Shown here in pieces: positions 26,418-36,883 of a stretch of 64,000 bases of DNA. How positions within the stretch are numbered: position 1 is the first letter of the stretch; each line of letters opens with the position of its first letter. The notes under the pieces were generated by a model. It made no database searches. It was given only the letters and a program-made list of their open reading frames with translations, and was not told the DNA's origin. Source of the DNA: a virus; UHGV virus genome UHGV-1383976; one strand, written 5' to 3'. Both the position numbers and the translations under genes were made by a program.

Positions 26418-27651
26418 CACTCGCATAGTCCTGCGCAATGATAGCACAGCAAAATGGCTTGAGAACAAAGATCAAGTTTTACTCAAGGGCGAACTTGGTG
26501 TCGAATTCGAAGCTGATGGCGGTGTCAAGATAAAAATTGGCGACGGTGCAAAAACTTGGGAACAGCTCGAATATTTTGGTGGGGCAAGCGCCGCGCAAGT
26601 ATTTCAGGCCGAGTCTGCAAACGCTGCAGGCGACCTTGCTGCTATTACTACCGCAGTAGGCAGTGCAAAACTTCAATCTGGCGATTTCGCTATTGTGAGC
26701 CATGATATTGATGGCACGCATAAATCTTATACAGCCTATGTTTATGATGGTGAAAGCTGGAAAGCAATGGACGGCAACTATGATGCGTCCAATGTTTATT
26801 TCGGCGATAACATTACAATGGCTGGTTCTTACAGCCAAATCGGTAATTTGACCAAAACTCAAAATGGTACAGCAACTTTTGCTGTCAAAGGTAAGTCTGT
26901 TGCTGAAGCTTTTACTCAAATCTTCTCTAAGAGACTTCAGCCCGGTGCTCCTACTCAGCCGTCTGTTAGCTTGACCTTTAGCCAAGCAAAAGCTTATGAA
27001 GTCGGTACTACTGTCACTCCGACTTGGAGCGCGACTTTGAGCACTGGTTCTTATACTTACGGCCCTGCTACTGGTATTACTGCTATGGCTTGGGAAATTA
27101 GTGATACGGCTGGCAACACCGCTACCACAGCAAGCGGCTCTTTTGATGCTATTACTGTTGCTGATGGTACCAACTACAAGATAACTGCTAAAGCAACTCA
27201 TGGAGCCGGCGCGGTTGCAAATGATAACCTTGGTAGCCCGTCTAGTCCAGAAGTCAAAATTGCGGCTGGTTCTAAGAGTAAAACTTCTGATGCAATCACT
27301 GGCTACCGCAATACTTTCTATGGTACTAAAACTACAAAGGATGCACTTGATAGTGCGGCGATTCGTAGCTTGTCTAACAAATCCAATACTGCTTGGGCCA
27401 ATGGCAAGTCTTTTACCGTGCAAATTCCTGTTGGTGCAGTTCGTGTTGTTTTTGCTTATCCTGCGACGCTGCGTGATGTCAACTCCGTAAAGGATGTTAA
27501 CGGTTTGAACGCGGAGATCAAGAGCGCATTTGCTAAATCCACTATTGCTGTTGAAGGTGCAAATGGTGCAACTGCAATTGACTATAAGGTTTATACGACT
27601 GATTTCGCTGAGCCTGTCGCAAAGGCAAACAGCTACACTATCACAATTTGA
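26398..27651 (+). CDS. tail fibre protein paralog 1
   Basis: N-terminal TRIVLRNDSTAKWLENKDQVLLKGELGVEFE...KIGDGAKTWEQLEY module. Confidence 0.6.
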   Translation: MATTTFNTRIVLRNDSTAKWLENKDQVLLKGELGVEFEADGGVKIKIGDGAKTWEQLEYFGGASAAQVFQAESANAAGDLAAITTAVGSAKLQSGDFAIVSHDIDGTHKSYTAYVYDGESWKAMDGNYDASNVYFGDNITMAGSYSQIGNLTKTQNGTATFAVKGKSVAEAFTQIFSKRLQPGAPTQPSVSLTFSQAKAYEVGTTVTPTWSATLSTGSYTYGPATGITAMAWEISDTAGNTATTASGSFDAITVADGTNYKITAKATHGAGAVANDNLGSPSSPEVKIAAGSKSKTSDAITGYRNTFYGTKTTKDALDSAAIRSLSNKSNTAWANGKSFTVQIPVGAVRVVFAYPATLRDVNSVKDVNGLNAEIKSAFAKSTIAVEGANGATAIDYKVYTTDFAEPVAKANSYTITI

Positions 27652-27669
27652 TAAAGGAGGGAAAATATA

Positions 27670-28965
27670 ATGGCACTGACATTTGGTACTCTTGATTTTG
27701 CTGTTGCTTTTAGCCGTCAGACGGCATTCCCTCTGGACGCTAAAAGTTATTTTGAAAGTTTAGAACTTGCTCAAGCAGCCGCGGCAACTGCGCAAGAAGC
27801 GGGCAGTTCTGAAACCGTTTATTATTTCGGTCAAACTATCGCTGTTGTTGAGAACAGTGTTGCGACTCTTTATGTAATACAACCAGACAAAACCTTGAAA
27901 GAGGTTGGCGGTAATATTGCCATCAATGAGAATGTATTTGTCAAGAGCGACGACAAGCTCGATCTCGTTGGTTTTTCGAGTGCTGTCGCTGGCGCACAAC
28001 TTGTCAAAGGTGCCGATGGTAGACTTAGTTGGGTAAAGCCTGATACTACTACTGTTGAAGGCCTTTCAACAAGCGTAACGGCCCTTGAACATACTGTCAA
28101 TGGTTATACTGATGATGGTGGCGTTGTTCACGAGGGGCTTGGCTCTAAGGTTTCTACTTTGGAAACCAAGGTGGGCAATATCTATACAAAAGCCGAAGTC
28201 GATGCAAAAGTTTCCAGCGTTATGCGCTATAAGGGTAGTAAAGACACTTATGCAGAGCTGCCTTCTGAAGGAAATGAAATCGGCGATGTTTGGAACGTTG
28301 TAGGCGCTGATGCTGCAAATGGCGTGCGCGCCGGTGATAATTTTGCTTGGAATGGTACTGGCTGGGATAATCTTGGTGGCGCGGTTGTTCTTGATGGCTA
28401 TGCAACCAAAGATGACCTCAATGGGAAAGTTGACAAGGTTGAAGGCTCTCGTTTGATGACTTCAGCTGAGGGCGAAAAACTTGCTGGTATAGCGACCGGC
28501 GCGGAAGTCAATGTTGTAAAGTCTGTTGATGATGTAGAATTTACACTTGATGAGAACGGTAAGCTCAACATCAAGGCTCTTGGTCAAGACAAAATAACAG
28601 GTCTGGCTGATGCGCTCGCTGGTAAGGTTTCTACCGAAACTGGCAAAGGGTTGTCCTCTAATGACTATACCGATGCTGAAAAGGAAAAATTAGGGGCAAT
28701 TGAGGCTGGCTCTCAAGCAAACATCCTTGAGGCTATTTCCATTGGCGGCACTGATGCTCCGATTAGCGAAAAGAAAGTCGATATTCCTGTTGCTACTGCT
28801 GAGAAACTTGGCGTTGTCAAGAGTTCTTCCGCGAAAGACCAAATTGCGGTTGGTGCAGACGGCATTATGTCTATCAATACGGTAAGTCTTTCTAAGATAG
28901 TTCAAGCAGCTGATGAAACTCTCATCATAAATGGCGGTAATAGTGGCCTTACTATAGGGGAGTGA
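27670..28965 (+). CDS. tail fibre protein paralog 2
   Basis: GKGLSSNDYTDAEKEKLGAIEAG repeat (phage tail-fibre repeat). Gly/Ala/Val-rich beta-type sequence. Confidence 0.6.
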   Translation: MALTFGTLDFAVAFSRQTAFPLDAKSYFESLELAQAAAATAQEAGSSETVYYFGQTIAVVENSVATLYVIQPDKTLKEVGGNIAINENVFVKSDDKLDLVGFSSAVAGAQLVKGADGRLSWVKPDTTTVEGLSTSVTALEHTVNGYTDDGGVVHEGLGSKVSTLETKVGNIYTKAEVDAKVSSVMRYKGSKDTYAELPSEGNEIGDVWNVVGADAANGVRAGDNFAWNGTGWDNLGGAVVLDGYATKDDLNGKVDKVEGSRLMTSAEGEKLAGIATGAEVNVVKSVDDVEFTLDENGKLNIKALGQDKITGLADALAGKVSTETGKGLSSNDYTDAEKEKLGAIEAGSQANILEAISIGGTDAPISEKKVDIPVATAEKLGVVKSSSAKDQIAVGADGIMSINTVSLSKIVQAADETLIINGGNSGLTIGE

Positions 28966-28970
28966 TATAA

Positions 28971-30446
28971 ATGGCAAACACTACATTCAATACAAGAATA
29001 CAGAATAAAATAGACACTTTTGCAAATTGGCAAACCAACAACCCTAAGTTGTTGAATGGCGAAATTGCAATTGTTGTCGTCCCAGCAAAAGCTGGTGCCG
29101 TTGCCCAAGAGCCGGCCATTTTGTTCAAGGTTGGCGATGGCGTAAAGTTATTCAAAGAATTGGGCTGGGCAAGCGGTATTGCGGCTGATGTTTATGATTG
29201 GGCGAAAGCCGCCAGTAAGCCATCCTATAGTGCGGACGAAATTGACGGTTTGGAAGGTTATATTGCTGGCCAGATTCAGGACACTGACACTCAATATAAG
29301 ATTGAGGTTGATGCGGATGATCCTCATAAGTATTACCTATACTCTAAGAGCAAAGGTGGTGCTTGGGGGACTACTCCTATAAGCACCATTACCATTCCTG
29401 CCGATAAGGTTTATACCCTTGTTGAAGGTACGGCTAACGGTACGGTAAAGTTCGATGGAACCGATGTAAAAGTTCATGGCCTTGGCTCTGCAGCTTATAC
29501 TGATTCTACAGCATATGACGCGAAAGGCGCGGCAGATACGGCATTAGAAGCTGCGAAAGAGTATGCTAATGGCAAAGACGTATCTATTGCTGAAGCTAAA
29601 GCGGCTGGTGATAATGCAAAAGCAGCTGTCGATGCTCTGAGCGAAAAAGTTGGTACTGTTCCTAGTGATAAGACTGTCGTTCAAATGATTGCAGATGCGA
29701 AAACTGCTGCAACTTATGATGACACTGCAATCAAAGCATCAATCAAGACAAATACTGACGCCATTACTAAGTTAAATGGTGCGGATACTGTTGAAGGTTC
29801 TGTTGATAAGAAGATAAAAGATGCAATCAATAAGTTTGCAACTGATGTTAGCGATAATAGTACAATCGACACATTCAAAGAGCTGATTGATTATGCGGCT
29901 AGCCATCAAGGTGAGTATTCTACCCTGTCTGCTGAAGTTCAAAAGAACACGACCGCAATAGCAACTTTGAATGGTGATGGCGCGGGTTCTGTCACTAAGG
30001 CCATCAGCGATGCAGTTGATGCTGCGAAAACTGAACTGCAGACCAGCATTGGCGGTAAGGTCGATAAGGAAGAAGGCAAAGGGCTTTCTACTAATGACTA
30101 TACGACAACTGAGAAGACTAAGCTTTCTAAAATCGCTGAAGGCGCACAAGTCAATGTCATTGAAGAAATTCAAGTCAATGGAACAAAAGTCGCTCCTTCT
30201 GGTAAGAAAGTCAATATTTCTGTCCCGACTGGCGCGCTGGCAAGTAAGAGTGAAGTGGCTAAAACGGACTTGGCCGCGGCTCTTAAAACTGAAATTGAAG
30301 GGAAGGTCAATTCAGCCGATTGTGGCGATATTATTTCTCATAACGCAAGTGAGTTTGCTGTCGCTAATCACAATCACAAAATTGAAGACTTAACTCAAAC
30401 AGATTATATAATTTTTAACTGCGGTTCTTCTTCTACGGTAATATAA
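28971..30446 (+). CDS. tail fibre protein paralog 3
   Basis: N-terminal module TRIQNKIDTFANWQTNNPKLLNGEIAIV. Repeat GKGLSTNDYTTTEKTKLSKIAEG. Confidence 0.6.
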   Translation: MANTTFNTRIQNKIDTFANWQTNNPKLLNGEIAIVVVPAKAGAVAQEPAILFKVGDGVKLFKELGWASGIAADVYDWAKAASKPSYSADEIDGLEGYIAGQIQDTDTQYKIEVDADDPHKYYLYSKSKGGAWGTTPISTITIPADKVYTLVEGTANGTVKFDGTDVKVHGLGSAAYTDSTAYDAKGAADTALEAAKEYANGKDVSIAEAKAAGDNAKAAVDALSEKVGTVPSDKTVVQMIADAKTAATYDDTAIKASIKTNTDAITKLNGADTVEGSVDKKIKDAINKFATDVSDNSTIDTFKELIDYAASHQGEYSTLSAEVQKNTTAIATLNGDGAGSVTKAISDAVDAAKTELQTSIGGKVDKEEGKGLSTNDYTTTEKTKLSKIAEGAQVNVIEEIQVNGTKVAPSGKKVNISVPTGALASKSEVAKTDLAAALKTEIEGKVNSADCGDIISHNASEFAVANHNHKIEDLTQTDYIIFNCGSSSTVI

Positions 30447-30454
30447 ATCTATGA

Positions 30455-30500
30455 AAACCCGCCTCGTTTTTAAAACGAACGGGGCGGGTGTTTCTATTTT
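30455..30500 (+). terminator. intrinsic terminator between tail-fibre genes
   Basis: aaaacccgcctcgtttttaaaacgaacggggcgggtgttt followed by ctatttt. Confidence 0.55.
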
Positions 30501-30513
30501 AGGAGGTTTTTCA

Positions 30514-31398
30514 ATGGCTCGTGAATTTCTTTCAAGAATACAAAATAAACGAGACACTAGTGCAAACTGGACAAAAAATAATCCTGTAATTCTCAATGGC
30601 GAAATTATTCTGGTTGATACAGCGGAAGGCGAACTTCGCGCGAAAATTGGTGATGGGACTAAAACTTATACACAGTTGCCGTTTTCTGACGAGGCATTGA
30701 AAAGCCTCATAAATACGGTAGCGCAAAATGTAGCGGATAATACAACGGCGAGGCATAGTCATAGTAATAAAGATGTGTTGGATAAAATTACAGGAATTGT
30801 TACGAAAGATAATGTTAACAAGCCCGCGCATACTAGTGATCTTGTTGACTATTCAGGGTTTCAAGCTGGAAGCCAGCAAATTATAAATCAGATTCCTACT
30901 AAAACAAGTGATATTACTAATGATAGTGGGTTTACAACTGAAACTTATGTAAACACCAAAGTAGCTGGTATTGTAAATTCCGCACCTGAAACTCTCGACA
31001 CTCTAAACGAACTTGCGGAAGCCCTTGGTAATGACCCAAATTTTGCAACTACGATGGCAACTGAGCTGGGCAAAAAGGTTAATGCTGAAACAGGCAAGGG
31101 CTTATCTACAAATGACCTAACTACGACCCTCAAATCACATTATGATACAGCTTACACGCATAGCCAAACCGCGCACGCGCCTTCAAATGCGGAGCGTAAC
31201 GTAATTGTCGGTATTCAGAAGAATGGAACAGATATTAGTGTAAATGCCTCTACTCGTAAGGTAAATATCACCGTTCCAACAAAGACATCTGAGCTAACTA
31301 ATGACAGCAGTTTTATCAAAGGCCCTTTTCTAACAGAGGGTGAGATCGATACGATTTGCGGAACGGCTGTGGCAAATGCATCTAATTTGACTTACTAA
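30514..31398 (+). CDS. tail fibre protein paralog 4
   Basis: N-terminal module SRIQNKRDTSANWTKNNPVILNGEIILVDTAEGELRAKIGDGTKTYTQLPF. Repeat GKGLSTNDLTTT. ATG at 30514 after SD aggagg. Confidence 0.6.
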   Translation: MAREFLSRIQNKRDTSANWTKNNPVILNGEIILVDTAEGELRAKIGDGTKTYTQLPFSDEALKSLINTVAQNVADNTTARHSHSNKDVLDKITGIVTKDNVNKPAHTSDLVDYSGFQAGSQQIINQIPTKTSDITNDSGFTTETYVNTKVAGIVNSAPETLDTLNELAEALGNDPNFATTMATELGKKVNAETGKGLSTNDLTTTLKSHYDTAYTHSQTAHAPSNAERNVIVGIQKNGTDISVNASTRKVNITVPTKTSELTNDSSFIKGPFLTEGEIDTICGTAVANASNLTY

Positions 31399-31420
31399 TT
31401 GGAGTAAAGGAGGAATATAA

Positions 31421-32284
31421 ATGGCACAAACTGAGAAACCTTTAGGCACGACAGGCGCAGCACGCCTATGGCATAATTTTATACAAAAATTAAATACTGT
31501 AAAAACTGAGCTTCAGGCAGATATTGACAATAAGGTTGATAAAGAAACTGGCAAAGGATTGTCTTCTAATGATTATACGTCTGGAGAGAAATCCAAACTT
31601 GCTGGTATTGCCGCGAATGCAAACAATTATAGTCTGCCCAAAGCAGGGAGCTCTCTTGGTGGTGTTCAAAGTGGTGGTGACGTGTCTATTGCAAATGGCT
31701 TAATTTCTTATGAGTCTACAATGCCTATAGCAAAAGGCGGTACTGGAGCGACAAACGCTGCGCAAGCCTGTACGAATTTGGGGGCTTTACCTACGGCTGG
31801 TGGTACAATGACTGGCCCACTCAAGTTGACCAAAGATGTTCACTATGGTGCGACTGAACCTTCTCATCCAACCACTGGTCAAATGTTCTTGAAAGAAGTC
31901 AATGTTGCACAGCTTGTCTATCCGGTTGGTGCGATTTATATGTCAACTGTTGCAACTAATCCAAGTACGCTGTTTGGATTCGGCACGTGGGAGCAAATCA
32001 AGGACACATTTCTACTTGCGGCTGGTAACACCTATACAGGCGGTTCAACAGGCGGTGAAGCGGCGGTAACACTAACAACAAAGCAAATACCTTCACACAA
32101 CCACGCAATCTTTTATCCTAATGCAGGCGCTGGAAATAATTATGCCCCGATTGGATACCCGAACGTAGGTAGTAAAAGTACCTTTTGGGCAGTCGGTTCC
32201 TATACAGGAGATGTTGGCGGTGGAGAAGCCCATAACAATATGCCTCCTTATTTGGCAGTTTATGTTTGGAAGAGAACGGCATAA
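31421..32284 (+). CDS. tail fibre protein paralog 5 (Gly-rich C-terminus)
   Basis: GKGLSSNDYTSGEKSKLAGIAANANNYSLP repeat. Confidence 0.6.
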   Translation: MAQTEKPLGTTGAARLWHNFIQKLNTVKTELQADIDNKVDKETGKGLSSNDYTSGEKSKLAGIAANANNYSLPKAGSSLGGVQSGGDVSIANGLISYESTMPIAKGGTGATNAAQACTNLGALPTAGGTMTGPLKLTKDVHYGATEPSHPTTGQMFLKEVNVAQLVYPVGAIYMSTVATNPSTLFGFGTWEQIKDTFLLAAGNTYTGGSTGGEAAVTLTTKQIPSHNHAIFYPNAGAGNNYAPIGYPNVGSKSTFWAVGSYTGDVGGGEAHNNMPPYLAVYVWKRTA

Positions 32285-32298
32285 GGTAGGTGTTCTAA

Positions 32299-33354
32299 AT
32301 GGCACAGATATCTTACCGTGTTGAAAATACGATTTATAGTTGGAGCACAACATCATATCTAAACTATACAACATCATATAATTCATTAACAAATCAAACT
32401 ACAGTTACTTTTGAAAGTTGCGATCAGTCCTATTGGGGCACAGCGAACTATGGTACAAGTGTCACGACAAATATTACAGTCACAGCGGTTGATAATGCTT
32501 CTAGTGTGGAGACTTCTTATCTTAAAATTGATGGATATACAAACGGCGGTACGAAACAATTTATTGGAACCCCATCTCCTGCTTCTGTCGTGGTGACGCA
32601 CTCATCAGCAAGTGGTGCGAAACGGGTCAAGATTGATGTTTCTACAGCAATTTTCGTAGCAATGAGCGGCCGTATCCAGAAAACGGCAAATGGTTCTGGC
32701 ACAGCAACCGTCACTTCTGGCACTCACTATCCTGAGCGAATTTTATCAATTAGTGCTGAAAATGCAACTGTAACTTGTCAACGTACAAGTTCGCCTGCCG
32801 GCGCAGGAACTGGCATATTAACAAATGGCGCAACGATTTATGACAGCGATGTTTTGAAATTTACCTTTACGCCAGCAGCTAATTATACAATTAAGACACA
32901 CACTGTAAATGGAGCTATATTTACATCTGGCCATTCGCATACTGTTAATGGCAATGTCACTGTTGTAGTAGTTGCTGAACCGTCAATTTTTACATTATCT
33001 CTCAACCATGATAACGGTGTAAATTTAACGGTCAAACGAAATGGCACAGTCTTAGCAAATGGAGCGGTATTGAATAAAGGAGAGGTTTTGACTGTTACTT
33101 ATAGTTTAAAAGATGGTAACACGACCTCTATTCAAGAAGCGACCTTAAACGGTTCCCCAATTTCGTCTGGTGCAACTCATACTGTCAATGGCAGTGTTGT
33201 TATTCGAGTTTATTCCCAAATGAAACAAACTCAATGTATGGTTTATCAGGCTGAAGTGTATAATGGCTCAAACTGGGCAAATGTGGGTTTAGTTGAATTC
33301 TATGACTCGAAGTGGAAATATTATGGATACTTGGGTGCCGGGTCCGGTGTGTGA
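32299..33354 (+). CDS. tail fibre or receptor-binding protein with repeated beta/Ig-like segments
   Basis: 351 aa, rich in T/V/N/G, with repeated HTVNG motifs. Confidence 0.5.
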   Translation: MAQISYRVENTIYSWSTTSYLNYTTSYNSLTNQTTVTFESCDQSYWGTANYGTSVTTNITVTAVDNASSVETSYLKIDGYTNGGTKQFIGTPSPASVVVTHSSASGAKRVKIDVSTAIFVAMSGRIQKTANGSGTATVTSGTHYPERILSISAENATVTCQRTSSPAGAGTGILTNGATIYDSDVLKFTFTPAANYTIKTHTVNGAIFTSGHSHTVNGNVTVVVVAEPSIFTLSLNHDNGVNLTVKRNGTVLANGAVLNKGEVLTVTYSLKDGNTTSIQEATLNGSPISSGATHTVNGSVVIRVYSQMKQTQCMVYQAEVYNGSNWANVGLVEFYDSKWKYYGYLGAGSGV

Positions 33355-33401
33355 ATAAAAATATAAGATAATTGAGATTTTACAAAAGGAGATCAATTCA
33401 A

Positions 33402-34389
33402 ATGATAGGCGTAGACCTAAATCAATATCGTAATCTACCTGATTACGCACAACTTAAAAAGGATGGTTATGAGTTCGCCATTATAAAACTGGCAACTGGT
33501 GTAACCTTTACTAACCCGCTTTTTCAAACCCAGTTTAGTGGTTGTAAGTCAGCCGGCCTAAACATCGGCGTTTATACTCGTGCCGACAAGCAACCTACAA
33601 GCGGCGCACAGGAAGCTGCCTATGCACTCAACATACTAGGTAATCGTCATGTAGATTTCCCCATCTACTATGACGTAGAGGGAGAAACACTAAATCTTTC
33701 AAAAGACAAGCTGACTCAGCTGGCTCTTGATTTTGGTAAAGCAATAAAACGCGCAGGATATCGCTGGGGTATTTATACATCCCGCGCACATTTCAAATGC
33801 TTTGACCTTGACAGGCTGAAAGAAGCTGGCGCATCTATATGGTGCGCCGCCTATGATAATCAAGCTGGTATGGAGTGCGACATTTGGCAAAAGTCAGATA
33901 AAGGCTCTATTACAGGATATTCTGGACCAGTTGATGTAGATGTTTTATATAATGAAAGCATAATACAGAAGGAGGAAAATAAAATGAGTTTGAATTTGAT
34001 AAAATGTTTTCAAACACAAGGCGCGTGGTATAATCAAACCACAAATGGAACTCCTGTTGGGGTATGTTGGCACGATACCGGCGCTGGTAACCCAACATTG
34101 AAGCGCTATGTCCAGCCATCTACTAATGACCCCGATTATAATTATTTTATAAACCTTATCGGCAAGAACAATAATGGCAATCACTGGAATCGTATGGCCG
34201 CAAATCAGGCAGGATTGAACGCTTGGATTGGTCAACTCGCGGATGGCAGTGTTGCTACTGTTCAGGCTGGCCCTTGGGAAAAGCGTCCTTGGGGTGTTGG
34301 CTCTGGCAGATACGGTTCACTTAATGGTGATAAGAATGTGCCTAATGATAAGTTTTGGATCCAGTTTGAGATTACATCGTTGCTAGTCT
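33402..34389 (+). CDS. endolysin exon 1: GH25 muramidase domain plus N-terminal half of an amidase_2 (PGRP-type) domain
   Basis: GH25 motifs MIGVDLNQY...FAIIKLATG...GVYTRA.... Then VCWHDTGAGN...AWIGQLADGSVATVQAGPWEKRPWGVGSG...IQFEI matches the first half of amidase_2. Unspliced, the ORF runs to the stop at 34397. Confidence 0.6.
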
Positions 34390-35469
34390 CCGCGTAAAGC
34401 GATTTGCGTGTAAAAATACATATCGAATTGCTGGAAAACCGTAAAGCTATTCTTGCTACAACGTAAGGATGAAACAAGCCTAAGCGTGAAAGCCGCGAAA
34501 GCAGAAAGAAAAGAATAGATGGCGTATGGTTAAATCCTAAGCGCTATATAATTGGCAATCAGCAGCTAAGCCTTGAATAAAGGAAAGTTCAACGACTAAG
34601 TGCCTTGCAAGCGATTGGCAAGGACAGTGGTATGCGGCTCATTGAGCCGAAGATATAGTCTGTGCTTCGAGAGAAATCCGAAGGAGCGAAAGCTCAGTGC
34701 GGGGTAGCGCCCAAAAAGTTTATTTTGAATGGAGAAAGAAATGACTTATAAAGAATTTATTGACAATATTTTAGAAGAACGAGGACGTTTTTCGTGTGGA
34801 GAGGAATATCACGAGAGGCATCACATTCTTCCTAAGTGCAAAGGCGGCACAGATGATAAAGAAAATTTGATTGACTTATTTGCTAAAGAGCATTTTATTG
34901 CGCATAAATTGTTAGCTGAAGAAAATCCTGAAGATATAAGTTTGGTTAGGGCTTATCAATGCATGACAATAGCTAGAAATCCAAAAACTGCACGATATAT
35001 TGCTTCTTCTGAAGAGTATGAGGAAGCAAGAAAAATGTTTTCAGAAGCTCTCAAAGAATTATATAAAGACAAAACAAAGCATCCAAGCTATGGCAAACAT
35101 ATTAGTGAAGAAAGAAAACAACGAATTAGTGAAGCCAATAAAGGAAATAAGTATTGCGTTGGCCGGAAAGTTTCAGAAGAAACACGCAAGAAAATAAGTG
35201 AAGCCAATTCGAACCCTTCCGCCGAAACGCGTGAAAAAATGAGTCAATCTCAAAAGAAGCTCGCACGGTGGGATGGAGCAAAGAATCCTAAAGCTCGAAA
35301 AGTTGTTCGTCTTTCTGATGGGAAAGTTTATGATTGTATTAAATATGCCGCCGAAGAAAATAATATTCCTCTCTCCACTTTCAAAAGTAGATTACACAAA
35401 GGCAAAGGCGATTTTGTGTATTTCGAAGACTATCAAAATAAACAGCACTAAACACAAACAGATGTGACG
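34390..35469 (+). mobile_element. group I intron (boundaries approximate) carrying an HNH homing endonuclease gene and splitting the endolysin within its amidase_2 domain
   Basis: The 5' portion ggcaatcagcagctaagcc...gttcaacgacta...atccgaaggagcgaaagctcag is homologous to the phoH intron core. The amidase_2 reading frame reopens at 35442 and continues in frame into the PG-binding and SH3b domains. Confidence 0.5.
34729..35451 (+). CDS. HNH homing endonuclease with NUMOD3-like C-terminal repeats
   Basis: HHILPKCKGGTDDKENLIDLFAKEHFIAH is an HNH core. Repeats SEERKQRISEANKGN, SEETRKKISEANS and SAETREKMSQSQK. Confidence 0.75.
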   Translation: MEKEMTYKEFIDNILEERGRFSCGEEYHERHHILPKCKGGTDDKENLIDLFAKEHFIAHKLLAEENPEDISLVRAYQCMTIARNPKTARYIASSEEYEEARKMFSEALKELYKDKTKHPSYGKHISEERKQRISEANKGNKYCVGRKVSEETRKKISEANSNPSAETREKMSQSQKKLARWDGAKNPKARKVVRLSDGKVYDCIKYAAEENNIPLSTFKSRLHKGKGDFVYFEDYQNKQH

Positions 35470-36524
35470 ATTACGCACACAACCAACCTTGTCGCAGATC
35501 TTATTTTGAACAAGCCTATCAGCAAGCTGTCGAATTTACTGCCTACATTTGCCAACTCTATAACATAGACCCGTTTGGCACCGCCAATTACCGTGGCCAC
35601 GATATTCCGACAATTTGTTGCCACTATGATAGCTATAAGTTTGGTTTTGGTTCCAATCACAATGATGTCTATCAATGGTTCAATCGTTTTGGTAAAACTA
35701 TGGATGATGTCAGACGCGATGTTGGCGCACTAATGGGTAAGGTTGTCGTTCCTGATACTCCCGACCCTGTCATTCCTTCTCAGCCATCTCGGCCTTCTAA
35801 CCCTTATCCGACACTTAGGGTTAGCGCACATGGCGTTGCCGTCAAAACTGCGCAACAACGTCTTATCGCACACGGTTATGATGTTGGTTCCGCTGGTGCT
35901 GATGGCTGGTTTGGTGAAGGTACTCTCAAGGCCGTCAAGAGGTTTCAGTCTGATAAGGGTCTTACTGTTGATGGCATAATTGGCTCTGCTACTTGGACAG
36001 CGCTAAACAAAGAGCCAGAGAAGAAAGAAGAACCAGTGCAGCCTGTGCAACCAAGTGAGCCAGCTAAGCCTATCCAACCATCCACTAATCGTCCGACAAT
36101 CGGCGTTGGTGATAGTGGAGCTTACGTAAAAGAAGCCCAAACAATGCTGAAAAAGCTGGGCTATAACATTGGCTCCTATGGTGCGGATGGTGTGTTCGGC
36201 AACTCTACCAAAGGTGCAGTTCTCAATTTCCAAAAGAAGAGCAACCTCGATGCTGATGGCATTGTTGGCCCGAACACTTGGGCCAAACTCGATAAACAAA
36301 TTGCCGCGCTATCTGATAATTCGACTAGCTCTAGTGGAGTTCCATTCCTTGTTCGAGTCAATTCAAATGCCCTTAACATTCGTAAAGGCCCCGGTACTAA
36401 TTATGCTATTGCTCGTACTATAACCGACCGTGGCACCTACACAATAGTTGAAGTATCTGGTGATTGGGGCAAACTCAAGAGCGGCGCAGGCTGGATAAAT
36501 CTGAATTATACTACCAGAGTTTGA
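35470..36524 (+). CDS. endolysin exon 2: C-terminal half of amidase_2, two PG_binding_1 repeats and an SH3b domain
   Basis: YFEQAYQQAVEFTAYICQLY...YRGHDIPTICCH is the amidase_2 C-half with zinc ligands. GVAVKTAQQRLIAHGY...DGWFGEGTLKAVKRFQ occurs twice. The C-terminus ALNIRKGPGTNYAIARTITDRGTYTIVEVSGDWGKLKSGAGWINLNYT is SH3b-like. Confidence 0.6.
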
Positions 36525-36527
36525 TAC

Positions 36528-36562
36528 ACGACACTCCTGTTTATCAGGAGTGTCTTTTTTTG
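36528..36562 (+). terminator. intrinsic terminator after the endolysin
   Basis: acgacactcctgtttatcaggagtgtc followed by ttttttt. Confidence 0.6.
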
Positions 36563-36570
36563 AATGAAAT

Positions 36571-36615
36571 TTGATTTTTTTAAAATAGTATGCTATAATA
36601 TATATAGAAAATGAG
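36571..36615 (+). promoter_or_regulatory. class I promoter
   Basis: TTGATT-17-TATAAT, then ATATATAGAAAATGAGAAAAGGAG. Confidence 0.6.
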
Positions 36616-36631
36616 AAAAGGAGCTAATGAA

Positions 36632-36883
36632 ATGACTTCAAAAGAATTGGTAATAAAGGTGCTTGATAATCATGGCTGTCAGGATGTATATGCTATTGCG
36701 CGCGATGCCAAAAGATTATTCAAGGAAGACATAACTCCTTCTTCCGCTGGCGCGGCCCTCCGTTCGTTGGCAAAAGAAGGTGAGGTTGGCTCCTCACGAG
36801 ATGGCAATGGCCGCACAATTTATTGGCTGGCCCGCACAAATAAGTACCATTGGGATGGGTATCTAAAGGGGGAGAATGAGTAA
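36632..36883 (+). CDS. winged-helix DNA-binding protein (83 aa)
   Basis: SAGAALRSLAKEGEVGSSRDGNGRTIYWLA shows a helix-turn-helix plus wing pattern. Confidence 0.5.
   Translation: MTSKELVIKVLDNHGCQDVYAIARDAKRLFKEDITPSSAGAALRSLAKEGEVGSSRDGNGRTIYWLARTNKYHWDGYLKGENE

Noticed and set aside
26034-33354. Diversity-generating retroelement acting on the tail-fibre paralogs
   Set aside because: There is no reverse-transcriptase ORF (no YxDD motif) and no template and variable repeat pair of near-identical sequence at a fibre 3' end.
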